A DNA stretch of 56,232 bases, the filler included, from Basidioascus undulatus (lineage: Eukaryota): the NCBI GenBank assembly GCA_000826855.1. It is 5 parts of 5 records of this genome, joined end to end, with 100 filler letters (N's around TTAATTAATTAA, not from the genome) between each part and the next. Parts side by side here need not be neighbours in the genome. Positions count along the whole stretch, not along the records: positions 11,287 to 22,466 come from JTLS01001034.1; positions 22,567 to 33,703 come from JTLS01001035.1; 3 more parts are not named here. The stretch is one strand, 5' to 3'. A model generated the notes under the pieces. That model was given only the letters and a program-made list of their open reading frames with translations. It made no database searches and had not been told where the DNA came from. The number at the start of each line of letters is the position of its first letter. Position 1 is the first letter of the stretch. Below, one piece after another: positions 11,287 to 23,224 of the stretch. The translations under genes were made by a program, and so were the position numbers.

Positions 11287-12764
11287 CACCGCCTCACCTG
11301 CTTGCCCGCCCACAGCCATGTTCAGCGCGCCCTTCAACCGCCTCCCCAACCGCTCCCGCACCTCCTCCACGCTCTCCTTATAAACACGCTCGAGCTCCCG
11401 CTCCAAATCGAAGTGGCCCCTCCTTACGCTCGGGGGCGCAACGCCGTTGTACCGCCGCACGAGGGAGTTGATCTCCTCCACCGCGGCGTTGTGGTACCCC
11501 CGCTCTTTGGCGAGCCAGGCGGGGTCGCGGAAGGCTGCGATAGTGTGGCGCGACGGGGGCGGGTGCGCGGGGAGGAAGAGCGCGGCGCGCCGGACCCAGG
11601 CGGACCGGAGGTTCGAGCGGAAGGTGTCGGCAGCGAAATCGAGCTCTGTCAGGAGAGAAAGAGTGAGAGGCAGGTCAGCCGCCGAGATGGATGATGGTGG
11701 GGAGGGGAACGGCGCACCACGCACCATTTTGCAGCTCCACCCACGCTGGTAAAGCAGACTGGCGCTTGACAATGCGGTTCATGAAGAACTCGGATCGGTC
11801 GAGGAACGGGTTTGACTCTTCGACGTCGCGGACGAGCGGCTTCCCTCGCCCGGGGAGGTCTGCGAAGTGGCCTAGCGACCGAGCTCGCTTCACAGCAGAA
11901 AAGAGGACAATTCAGTATCCTTTAGCCACAGCAGTTAAATCCGAAAACCAACGCACCTCGATCCGATCCTCAACCAGACCCGTCCACGCCTTCAAGCTCG
12001 TCGGGTTGACGCGTCTCGCCCCTCGTTCCTGACTGTCCTCTCCCTCCTCGCCCTCCACATCATCCTCAATGCCCTCCACCATCCTAAGCGCCTCCCTTCC
12101 ACCCGCAATGCCCAAATGGTAATCCAGCACGCCCTCCCTGGCCTTTCCCAGGCGCCCCACGCGCTGGGCGACCTTCTTCTCGTGCCTCACGCGCGCGCGG
12201 ACTTTCGGGTCCGTGAGATGCGCGGGCGTGAGCGCGGACGTGGATGCGCGCGGGGGCGGCGGGGGACGCCCGTACTTGATCGAGGGCGAGTGCGCGGACG
12301 GGGGCGAGACGTAGGTCGTGTGCCAAGGCTTGTGCTCGGGGAGGGCGGGGATGAGGAGGTCCGTTGAGGAGAGGGGGGTAATTGGGCGCCGGGCGCTGGA
12401 GGGAGGAGTTGCGGGTGCGATGGGCTGCTGTATCGTGGATAGCTTGGTTTCACCGTATGCGCCTCGGTCGCCAGTCCGGGCTTTGGGGTATCTGTGGCAG
12501 CCCTAGGTTCGGTCGCAGCCCAGCCACCCACTCACACATCCTGAGCATCACTCACTTGTCTATCAACATCCGCAAAACAGTATCCCGCACATCCTCGTCT
12601 CCCGTCCATACCGGGTCCTGCGCCGCCCGCTCAGCAGCGGTAACCTTCCTCTTCGCGTCCGACTGCTCTTCCGCTGCTGCGTCTGCAAACAGCTTCGCAG
12701 CGCCCTTAGGGGGTTTCGCGGAGCTCAAGAGCGGAGGAGTAGGGACTAGTGCGCGTCGGAGCAT
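11287..12764 (-). CDS. DUF1992 / DNAJC28-conserved-domain protein, possibly mitochondrial; 3' end truncated by the gap
   Basis: MLRRALVP... Arg-rich leader; WTGDEDVRDTVLRMLIDKY, HKPWHTT, WTGLVEDRIE.ARSLGHFADLPGRGKPL..D....NPFLDRSEFFMNRIVKRQSALPAWVELQ, and INSLVRRYNGVAP; GT-AG introns. Confidence 0.8.
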
Positions 12765-13179
12765 CAGCAGCGGAAACGGACAGAGCGGTGTGGCGGTAAG
12801 ATGGTGGACGACGTGAAAGCGAAGGGAGAAGGCCAGATCGTGGGGGGTCAAGATCCTGATGACGTAAAATAGTTTACGTACACATCTCGGCGCGTCGAGC
12901 GTCTTTTCCAGCGCATGGCAGGCAGTCGAGACTTACTTTTTCTTCGCTCTCAACTCGATGATTTTACCCCTCGTTTTGGTCGGCTAGCTATATTCAGTAA
13001 GATCATCCTTTTAGCAGGGTGGAGACACAGAAACGACCATTGCCACCCACAGACTCTCCAGCGCGTACTGGCAGCACCATATGCAACCACATTAGCTTTA
13101 AACAGAGCCCAGTAACTTTAATGGGAACCTGATATCTGTTGTACGTACATGGCACAGGATTTTGTCTTTGACGTTTCCG

Positions 13180-13459
13180 CTCTTGAGGTGCAGCGTAGAC
13201 CAGGACACACGGCAGTAGAAGCCGCTGTGACTGCATGTGGATGCAGAGCTCCATGGCCGCCTCTATTTTCCACTGAGACATCAAGCTTACAGCTTTTGCT
13301 AGGTGGTGTTATGAATTACGGAGCACATCCAAGGGCCGAATCCGCGCATACACATATACCGTAGCCACAGAGGCGTAGAAGCACATTGTCGTCCTCTTCC
13401 GGGTTCAGTGGCGGCTTATCCACTTCCACGGCACGTTCACGGTAAGTAAGACTAAACAT
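13180..13459 (-). pseudogene. Possible medium-chain (GroES-like) dehydrogenase relic
   Basis: MFSLTYRERAVEVDKPPLNPEEDDNVLLRLCGYGIC, then after a putative intron GG...HPHAVT and, in a shifted frame, LPCVL. This resembles the GIC.SD.H...GG...PH..T...P..LGHE start of butanediol/alcohol dehydrogenases; catalytic motifs are degraded. Confidence 0.3.
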
Positions 13460-13763
13460 GTTTGTGGCTCGGAGGGGGGCTTTTCTTGTGCAGGGCTTGC
13501 GTCGGACTTAATTTCACGAGTGCACTTGAAGTGCTCGGAGAGTCGGAGTGCACTCAGAACTCCATGATATCGATCCACGAATCTCCGTACGGCAACTTGC
13601 AGCGGACCGTACTACAACGCACACACAACGCACCAACCCTCACGCCCGGTTTGTCACACACCACCACCATCCCGCGCACCACGGCTTGATCGCTTCTTCT
13701 AACCGCCTACTGACGACCAGTTTCCAACTCGAACCACCCTCTCAGCCGCACTTGACGCTCAAA

Positions 13764-14122
13764 ATGGCCGCCCGCAACTCCCTGCCGAGATTCACGGGCC
13801 CATAATCGGGCAAGTCGGCGCGCCGTCGCACCCGCTCGCGTACCCGAGGGACTCGACCATGCTCGCTTCGCTCTGCCTCGTCTCTCGCTCGTTCTACACC
13901 GTAGCAGCGCCGCACATCTACGGGGCAATCACCCTCGCGTCGAAGGAGCAGATCGAGCAACTGGCGCGCACGGCGGAAAGCTGGACTGCAGCAGCGCCGG
14001 CAGATGCAAATCGCCACGCCGTCAAAGAGTGCGTCTTCGCTTTGGCCGTGAAGGGAGAAGGATATCTGTTTTGGCGTTGGACTGGGTCTATTGAAGAAGT
14101 GGAACATACAAGACTTCTATGA
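13764..14122 (+). pseudogene. F-box-like protein relic (HPLAY family), ATG out of frame
   Basis: The frame of ORF 13859-14122 extends upstream as QLPAEIHGPIIGQVGAPSHPLAYPRDSTMLASLCLVSRSFYTVAAPHIYGAITL. The nearest ATG (13764, AAAATGG context) is in another frame, and the ORF stops early at 14122. Confidence 0.6.
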
Positions 14123-15241
14123 GGAGAAGGTAAGGCATCCGCATGCATTCGTTGGAGTAATTGATAAGCGATGGCAGCGAGCCCGCGGTAGCGGGGACAA
14201 AGTGCAGAGGAGTGAATGGCATATGTAAAGAGTGTGAGATATGTGGAGACGTTTTCCATGCTAGAACAACAATTCAAAAAGTTCTCAGTAACGTATGACA
14301 ATAATCAGAATGTGGTACGCAGCGGCGAGGTCTAGGCCTCGCAAAGTGCTGTTTTATGGAAACGTGTCGCTCAGCATTGGTTGCAACTGTTGTTCTGTGC
14401 TTGCACCAAAGGGACTTAAATATATTTTTACCACATCCTACGTTTTGGAGAGGTGATATGAGCACGAGTGCAGATGTGCGCTGCATATAATGTGCGGGTT
14501 CGTCGCCGCTTCGCAGTTTGCCCGTGATGCACCAACGAGACGGGCTGCTTGACCGCAACCCTTGTGGAGAAACGCCTATGACCTTTTCTTCTAGCAGTAA
14601 CGGCTGGGGTGACCACGAAAATTTTCACCCCGAAAAGGGGCGAACGCTGTGAGCACAGGGAGCAATGGGCCGCAGGGGTTTTGGGAGACTTGTCCGTCCC
14701 GCACACAAACCTACGCGCGAAGAACCACTCGTCCTGGGGGTTCATGACGAGCTCTAGTGCTGCATCTGCGCAAATTTGCACATTTCTCACAATACACCAT
14801 CGCGACCGCCGTGAACGGGACAGGCAGGAAGTTCTCCCCACTAAGCCACTCAACAGGGTGACGTCGTTTCCCTCGTCCTCAGTGAGGATTTGCATGGAGA
14901 GCGCTGTACCGTCTGATGATCTTCATGTTCTGTGGCTCCTACGCCATCTAAAATGTCGAATAAGGGGATGGAAATGAGAATACCCGGTGGAGCTGTTCGT
15001 ATGGATGGATCACCAATCCGAATGGGTGTCAGTTAGTCTTACTTCAATACTGCATACGTTCAGGTCCGTCAACCAAGGCCAGACTCACTCAAGGAACCAA
15101 CGTGAACATACAACATGCCATCCTGCGCCCGCGAAACATTGTTAGGGGTACACACAGTGTGAAAAGCGGCCTGAACTTCCCCCGCTCGCTTTCATTCTCC
15201 TCTTCCTCAAAACATATCTACGTCTAGAAACCATCATCAAC

Positions 15242-15762
15242 ATGCCCTCGTCCACCTCTTCCCACCTCCCCTTCGAGTCCTACGGAGCCACGCAGCTGCC
15301 TGAGGAGCACAAGTTCCGAGCCTGTGGTCGCTGCAAGTGCGGTACGTTTGATTTCGTGTTATGTTTATATGTGTAGAGACTGACCCAATTCTTGAGCGAA
15401 CAGCTTGCTACTGCTCGATCGCGTGCCAGTGGCGCTACTGGCCGAACCACAAGCTCTACTGCTCAGCCACCGCGTTCCCAGCCACCGTGGACATGGTAGA
15501 CGTACTCCCGGACATCCGGTCGTTCGCTGAGTGGGCGCCCGCCAATGCCCAGGAGTTCGCAGTAGCCCTCGGCTACGAGCTGGGTCTGCACCTGGACGGC
15601 GTGAACTGCACCCGCAAGGCGCTGCGAGCCGCGGTCCGGCTCGTCACCATCCAGTCGCCGCGCTACGAGATCGTGTCACACCAGGTCCTGCCGCTGAAGG
15701 AGGCGAAGGTGTGGCTCCGCTCTCGGTTCCCGGGAGGAGTTCAATCCACTGGAGGGATTTGA
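15242..15762 (+). pseudogene. MYND zinc-finger gene, probably pseudogenised
   Basis: MPSSTSSHLPFESYGATQ...FRACGRCKC, an intron, then ACYCSIACQWRYWPNHKLYC, the second half of MYND. The first CxxC position reads F-E-S-Y. Coding-like sequence appears to continue in other frames past the TGA at 15760-15762. Confidence 0.6.
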
Positions 15763-16410
15763 GCGAGTTCATACAGGGGTGAGCAACGGTAGATTCTTTC
15801 AAGTTGGTGGTTGGGACGACGGAGGCTAACGAGGCGGGTGCACCAGAGCTCGGGAACGGAGGCCACGGTGCGGCGATGCTCCTCATTACCGGCCCACGAG
15901 GACGCTTTGCTTTCCCTGGCCTGTCGTCAGAAGCGCGCTCTTCCGCTTGAGGCGGAGTTCTTGTAAGACTGGTGGGGCGCGCTCAACGAGAAGTTCCGGG
16001 GCGGCTAGTTTCGGTTGAAGCCCTTTTGCATCATGCCAATGCACTACTTGAACCATATAAATTTGGTTTGTGGCAGATTCTTACATGTTACCAAAGCCAT
16101 TATTGCATGGTCCAACGGCTCTGTCTGCGCTGTGGCAGAACAAACGCTTCCCGGCACGCACATGATGAACGCATGGATCCAGCTCCAGCTGTAGGTCCTA
16201 GGTTTGTAGACAAACAAAATGGCATAAGCCTCAGTCCTAAAATATCAGTGTAGGATTACGGAGGTTTTCTAGAAGTGAACGCGGCGACGCTCCGCACTGA
16301 CAGCGTTGAGCCGCCTGTCTATCCGTCTCCGCTCCGTTCTCCGTGCTGACCCACCTTCCACCGTCTACGTCCGTCCTCCGGCGCGTCTTCCTCCTTTACA
16401 TCTCTCTCCC

Positions 16411-17940
16411 ATGCAACTACAGCGATGCTTATTCTGCACACACCGACCCCTACCCAACTACTCTTGTAAGGATCTCACAATTTCACCGACGCAGTGCGGC
16501 TGCAACACCTATAGCAACTGACAGAGCTGACTCTTGGTCCAATCGCTTCATAGTCAACCACGACAGGATGTGGTCACCATCAGCTACTCGGTTATCACCT
16601 TCTTTCCTAATCTACCCTCCACCATTGCTATCACGATCACTCCCGAGTCGGCCACCGCCACCGCATCAAGCTCATCCATTCCCTCACAAACGTTCTACTA
16701 CCGCGGTCCCAGGGCATACGCGTTGCTCGAGCCTAATCAGCAGCAGATCGTGGTGGTATATGTGGCTTGCATGTGAGTTCGACTGAGACACTCTCGGGGC
16801 TACAGAAATGAACCATCCGAGCGGGGCTGCGAGTAGTTTCGCGGTGGTGTTGGCAGCTGGATGGCGTTTGTTGGGTGTGCGGCAGGTGTTATGGCCTTTC
16901 AAGGTGCGCTAGCCCACCTAGTCTTCCCAGGCCGTAGTCGTTCATTCTCCTTAATCTCCCTCTCTGAACTCTCAGATGTTCGCCACGAACCTGCACGAAA
17001 TGTGGCATGCCATCCTCGGCGTACTGACGAGTTCCCGAGTCCTCTCGTACGCAACCACCTGAAAATCTCTCCATACAATCGCCAAGCTCACTTGACGCCC
17101 AACGAAGCTACTCGATCGATCCGGAACTTGGTGGCCTTACCCGACTCGAGCCCCCTCGCCTGACTATGTTCGTGGGCTTGCACATGTCCATACCTCGGCT
17201 GTTTGCGTATCCCCTCACCTGTGCGGTTGGTGCCACGTTCAGTGCGTCTTCTCATGCTACAATCTTTCCCAGTACAGCTTTCGCTAAGCTTCCCCGAGGC
17301 AGTTCTCTGCGCATTCAACGTCCTCGCGTCCAAAGCCTGCTCGTTCGTCATCGGAATCCTCCTCCTCTTGCCCATGTGGGCCGTGCGCGACCCTTTCGTG
17401 TTCCTCAGCATCCTCTGCGCCGAAGGTCTCATGACCGGTCTGTGGTTCGCGAACCATGCTGATATTCTGAGGTACTTCGTGCTCTTCTGCGGCGTCCTGC
17501 TGTGTCTCTATCCAATATGTGCGTCGGGCAGCTCCCTGTACTGGACCCCGACACTGAGCTGACTTAAATGTCTCCACAACCGACCTCAGGGGACGTCCTC
17601 GATGATTTTGTTTATCGCAAGCCGAACGAGGTCAGTCCTCCATCAACTCATACACGGCCCCCGGGATCGAATTTACGCTCCAAGAACTCCTCAGTCGGAC
17701 TGCAGCCTTCTTTCCGCCTTACACGCCCGCTCGCGTCGAGAATGTACGTGCTTGCTTTCGCTTCTACCGCACACACCGCACACGTCTGATGATGAGCGGC
17801 GCATAATGGAAGACTGGGCGATCTTATACATTCTTCTCGCATGCGCCATGTTTACTGCAGCCATCATTGGGGGCATCGCGCTCTGGAAAGAGAATACGGA
17901 AGGCCTCATCGAGCAGGGGAGGACGTTCCTTCCGACCTAG
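16411..17940 (+). CDS. Peptidase M50B-like intramembrane metalloprotease (start codon uncertain)
   Basis: Spliced reading: ...QQIVVVYVACIFAVVLAAGWRLLGVRQVLWPFK-MFATNLHEMWHAILG (HExxH at 16994-17008)...SIDPELGGLTRL...AFNVLASKAC...LWFANHADILRYFVLFCGV...WDVLDDFVYRKPNESDCS...GIALWKE...TFLPT*. Confidence 0.85.
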
Positions 17941-18236
17941 GTTCTGCATGCGTCCGTACAGGCGCAGGCCGATGCTCGCTTGTGAACTGGGGACGGACAT
18001 GAGGGATGGAATTTTTCGTGGAACGACCTGGGTACTGTAAACATATTTTGTGACGCTACGACATCTTATTGTGACGCTACGCCTGCTCGAAAGATCGAAC
18101 TGCAGCTATGTTTTAAGAGGCAGGCTATGTGCCTAGGGCGGTGTCGTGAACAACAGGTTGAAAGTACAGGCGGTAGAGCGCTCCATTCCATCCACAGATC
18201 TCCCTCGAAGCTACGTCAAATTCGCAGGTAGCCTGC

Positions 18237-18705
18237 CTATTCGTCCTCCTTCAGCGGGTCAGGCAGACGGTCGAAGTCGTCGTCCCTGGGAAGTTGCTCG
18301 AAACCAGCAGCCTTTGCCCAGCAGACACACCCTGTCACTTTCGACTCCAAGTAGGGAACGGAACCCTCCAGAAAGGTACCCACCGGCACATCATCTTCCT
18401 CGGGATTGTACTCCCTCTCCTCGGTGTCCGGGTCCTTATTATCCACGTAGTTCACGTCTTCGCCCTTGTCCAGGTCTTCAACCATATGCTCCAGTTTCTG
18501 TCAAGCCCTCCGCACTCGCTTGCTTAGCTTGTAAATTATGACATCGCAATCCATACTTGATACGTACCGCCTGGGCCCGTTCCTTTGCCTCTTGGCTTCG
18601 GCGGGGATTGTTCATTGTTGCAATGAGGCCGGCTGCGACACGCTCGGGGTCTTTACCCCCCGAGTTGGAGTAGCGGGGGACATCAGGAGGGTCGCGACGG
18701 GGCAT
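18237..18705 (-). CDS. Small Con-6 (conidiation protein 6)-like hydrophilic protein
   Basis: GKDPERVAAGLIATMNNPRRSQEAKERAQA|KLEHM matches the Con-6 repeat K.P..V.GGLKA...NP..S.EAK..A...L; acidic tail; GT-AG intron. Confidence 0.65.
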
Positions 18706-20034
18706 GATGACGGCGTTGTTGTCTGTATGGTCTCTTGTTTGATGTGATGGAAGTTGGCGAAGAGTCATGGAGCAGGGCAGGACAAAGTTTGTGATGCGGA
18801 ATCGATGCCCAAAGGACAACGCATGGCGCGATGTCTCACAAGTCGGCCTCGTAATAGAAACCAGAGTACCTTTGAATACTACCCTCTATTAAGTACTGTG
18901 AAAAACACGCAGAAAATCTTGCGCATGGCCAGCAAGGGGGCCTCGTGGCTCTTCGATGCCGACACACAATATCAGTGAAGACTGCCAGTTCACGCCTTCC
19001 AGAGAACCCGCACCTTGATAAAGAGGGTAAGCTTGTAATTCAGATGTAGATTTCTCATACTTCTTCGGCGCCTCGTCAATATAATGTCGCAATGCTCTTC
19101 TGGAACTACTCGACGACCATCACTAGTCTGTCGCCTCGCCCCGTCATTTCACACAAGCAATCACTTCGCAAACGCCTCAGGCTTGAGCGTCTTCTTCCGC
19201 TCGCAAATCCTATCCACAATTTCTTCTTTAACGCTCACCCTATGTCCGCTATCCCGCTACCTGACGTGGTATCCTTGCGCACTCTGCGCAACGCCGCGTA
19301 CATCGTCGCCAGTGCGTGATGACCTGCAATGACCAACCTGCTGTCGAAGTCGATTCCAAAACGTCTTCCGAAGCGTCCCCCCCAGGAAACACGAGCGTCC
19401 GGCGAGCCGACGCCGGACTCCTTGCGCACTAAAGGCACGGCTCGTACGTTATCACCCTTAGCCGAGGACCAGACATCGACGCGCGTTTTGCTGCGATCCA
19501 ACGTTATGTCGCAGATGATACTAGCAAGTTTGGGTCGGCCATGGACCCCAGATGCGATCATCCCGAATCCTGCTATGTTGGCAAGTTCTCGCAAGGCGTA
19601 AGTGATCTTAAATATCCCATGCTATCTGGAAATGGGAACATAGTTCACATTACGTGTCTGCTGCAGGTCCTTACAAAGCTCGCGGACAACCATGGCGATT
19701 AACTTTCGACTATAACGAGGGACACGGTCGTGAACATTCAATAGAGAAAGGCAACGTAGTTTTGACGTGTCCCTTGAAGCGATTGAAGTTCTCTTGATCG
19801 ATCTTTTGATGCATTCTGGTTCCCATTGCTCGTAGTCAGAAAAGCCAAGTCGTGAATAGCAATATTCGATCGTTTCCTAGGCATGCAGTTTCCCTCCATT
19901 GCCCCACGGAGCCCAACCTACTCGTCCAAAGTCCCTCTACATCACCCTATCCCACTGCGCATTGCGCAAATAAAGCTAATTCGCATGCCCTTCGTACTGA
20001 CGCTCATGTGCGTCCAAACCAATCCAAATCCCAC

Positions 20035-22466
20035 CTAAGCAGCGAGCTGCGAGCTGTCCAAGCCGAGCGCGTGCAGGAAGACGTTGACGTTCGTGATCTG
20101 ACCCAACCGCGCACATTCCGGTCAGCCTGAGCGAATACAGCAGCAAGAGTTGGAACAGTCGACGCACCTTCCTCGCGCCCGACTCGGCGTCGACCCAGCC
20201 CTGCGTGGCAGCGACGACCTGCTCGTGGACTTTGTCGCGGACTTCGGTGACGAGCGCCGACTGCTGCGCGTTGTCCGCGTTGACCGCGAGCGCGGCGAGG
20301 AACCGCCACACGGGCTCGTCCTCCGCGTCGAGGTTCACGCCTGGGGGTGGGCGCGCAGGCTGCCCGAAGGGCGCGAGCGCCGCGAAGCGCGTGGAGGGGA
20401 AGAGCGAGACGAGGCTGCTCGAGAGGCGCGAGAAGAAGAGGTCGAAGATCTGCGTGCTGTTGGGGTCGAGAAATCAGGGAAGCCGGAAGGGGTGGCACGA
20501 CATATTAGAAAGGGAAAAGAAATGTACAATTGCGAAAGCTCGGCAGCGTCAGGCGCTTGGTCAGGCGCGTCGGGTACGCCCGCCGGCGACTGCTTGAGGA
20601 TCTCCGCGCGGCTAAGGAGGATGGTGAGGTAGGCGATACCGGGCTGTGAAAGTCTCCTCTGAGATCAGGATACTCTTCTCTACCACCGCCACCTTCCGAA
20701 CCGCGCCCAGCTACACCGTGCAACGCACCTTGGACCTGGCCACCTCCCGCACATCGTTCCTCTCCACAAACAGAGCGAGCATGCCCGCGACGAGCCGCAA
20801 ACGCGCGCCGGCAACCATCGCCAGGAAGGGTGGAACTACGCCGCCGAGGAACGCCTCCGTCTCGCGCGGCCCCGTGAGGAGCGGGAGGAGCTGGCCGAAG
20901 CACGCGATCGTGAGCGTGTGCAGCGTCAGCGTCTGCTGCGCATCGAGGTGCCGCAGCGCGCGCGGGAGGAGCTTGCACGCCTTGGGAAGGGCGATGAGCG
21001 AAATGAAGGGGTGCGGGTCGCTGGAGTGGAGGGCTCGTCGTCAGCCATGGGGACGGGAGTAACGAAGACTAAAGTCGGAACGCACGAAAGCTCGAGAGGG
21101 TCCATCACTCGCAGACCCTTCCACAGCTCGTCCAGCAAGATCTTGTACGTCGCGTTCCTGCGTCGGCGGGGAGCCCCATTCAGTCTTCTCCTCTTATCTT
21201 CAAAATGAAGTGACATCGGGTGACATACCACTCCTCGTGCGCCTCGCCGATCTCTCCGCCGGGCCCGGCAGGCGGCGGCTGGTTCCGCCGCATCTGCTCA
21301 AGCTGGAGCACGACGTCGTAGAGCTTCTCGACCTGGGCGAGGGCCTGGCGGCGCGTGAGTGCGGGCTGGGGACCCGCAGCGGACTGTACCATGCCGCGAG
21401 ATGCATCTTCAGTATTGGTGGGAAAGAAGAATGAACAGAGAACGCGAAAGACACGTACCCCTGCAGCGAGTGAGCCCAGCGCCGCCTGCGCCGCGAGGCC
21501 AGACGCGCCGTCCGTCGCGGTGGGCGGGGCGGCCGCAGCCGCTTGCGCGGGGCTGGGTGAGGACGTGGGGGAAGAGACTTGGAGCATCTGGCGCGGGTTG
21601 CGGGACGTCGCGCGCGCGGAGGTCTTGCCGAGTGCGCCGACGAGGGAGACTACCGAATCGCAGTCGCCCAGGATTCAGTATCTGGTTAGGGGCAAGAGGA
21701 AACGGGGACACGCACACTCAGACCCCTTCTCCGCCCGCTCCTTCCGGTTCCGCACGATCTTCTCCACCTGCTCGCGCATCCGCCGCACCGCGCCGGCGCC
21801 CATTGCCCCACGCCCGGACCCGCCCGCTACACTGACGGCCATGCCGCCGACGTTGAGGACGCCCTGCTGCCGGCGCATGAGCGCGCTGTGCACCTGCGCG
21901 TAAAAGTCCTCGGTGTAGGGGTCCGACGTCGCGAGGGAGGATAGCTGCAGGCGGAGGATGTACGACTTGTCGGAGGGGGTCATGATGTGGTTGAAGTTGG
22001 ACTGGGTGTTGAGAGAAGCGAGGTGAGACGCGGGACGGGTGACAAAAGGAAACGCGAAGACGAACCATCGCCTGGATCTTCGCCGCCTTGCGACGCCGCT
22101 TCGCCTCCGCCTCCTCCTGGTCGCGGATCATCCGCTCCATCGCCTCCGCCTGCGCGCGCATCCGCGCCTCATCCTCGGAGCTGAGCTGCAGGCAAGGCGT
22201 GCGGCCGGGCAGTGCAGGAAACAGCGTCGGCGGCCGCGGCGGAGGCTGCTGCTGCTGCTGCTGGGGGATCTGCTGCTGGGGGATCTGCTGTTGCAGGATG
22301 CCCGGTGGCGACGGAGGCCCGAAGCCAGGCGGGGGCGGCTGGGGCGGACCGGGACCGAATCCGGGCGGCGGGCGAGGAGCGAGCGTGGGGGAGCCGAAGG
22401 GCGAGTAGTGCGCGGAGAAGGGCACGGGCTGCTGCGCAGCCTGGCGCGCGAGCAGCTCCGACTCGA
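20035..22466 (-). CDS. PAT1: mRNA decapping activator Pat1; 5' end truncated by the gap
   Basis: Pro/Gln-rich N-part, then RRRKAAKIQAMSNFNHIMTPSDKSYILRLQLSSLATSDPYTEDFYAQV, EGSLGR, LAQVEKLYDVVL.LE, PHPFISLI...KA.KLLPR, VWRFLAALAV and C-terminal NVNVFLHALGLDSSQLAA*. Confidence 0.92.
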
Positions 22467-22566
22467 NNNNNNNNNNNNNNNNNNNNNNNNNNNNNNNNNN
22501 NNNNNNNNNNTTAATTAATTAANNNNNNNNNNNNNNNNNNNNNNNNNNNNNNNNNNNNNNNNNNNN
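22467..22566. other. Artificial contig linker
   Basis: N44-TTAATTAATTAA-N44. Confidence 0.98.
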
Positions 22567-23224
22567 GGGTTGGGGGAGGGATTTCGCCTTTTCCGCTCAT
22601 GTCCCGCGGCGGCTGAGCCCATCTTTCTCAACTGCTTCGACTTGGATGCCTCATTACTACGGTATTACCTGCTTACAGGACACAAGAAGTCACGACCCTC
22701 GAAAGAGCGGCACTCGGGTGTTGCGACTGATCACGACCACGTAGCGCTCCCAGCTTGCAACCCACTCTTAGTCTTCCAAGATCTCGCGTTTCTACATCCC
22801 CCTGAATTTATTAGTGTACGTCATGTTTTGTTCCAAGCAATGTAATCTGGGGTCAAGAGGAGCACAAGCCGAGGTGACGCGCGTAGACGTTCTACAGGGT
22901 GCGCACGCGCAACGCGGGATGATGATTCCTATCCCCGTTTCTCGATCGGCAATAGTTTGACTATATACTAGAAAGACGTACATATACATAGGCGACAATT
23001 CACTTATGGTACACCAGCCTCTCCTTCGCGTCACAATTGACCAACAAGACTTGGCCATTGCGACAGACCGCGAAACGTGCAGAATATGCGTAAAACACTG
23101 GAAGCATTTCGTACGACAACCTATACGCCAATACACATACAAATCGATAGGACAATGAAGAAAAGGATGCTAAGCGTGGTTCTCCGCCTCTTGACCCAAC
23201 CTGATGCGCATTTCCGTTCCATCT

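Noticed and set aside
12187..12531. Apparent frameshift in the DUF1992 gene suggested by the ORF track
   Set aside because: Base-by-base translation shows the HKPWHTT...IKYGRP...RHEKK frame is continuous; the listed ORFs are alternative frames.
12865..12882. ACGTAAA-ATAG-TTTACGT inverted repeat with a TGACGTAA CRE-like site
   Set aside because: A single short motif; plausible ATF/CREB site but not distinguishable from chance without conservation data.
14274..14977. ORFs of 94-155 aa between the F-box and MYND relics
   Set aside because: No family motif and no codon bias like the real genes.
18048..18081. 13-bp direct repeat TTGTGACGCTACG x2
   Set aside because: Two copies only, in a 3' intergenic region; not CRISPR-like and no element between them.
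18889..19601. Coding-like fragments between the Con-6-like gene and PAT1
   Set aside because: Multiple stops in every frame and no recognisable family.
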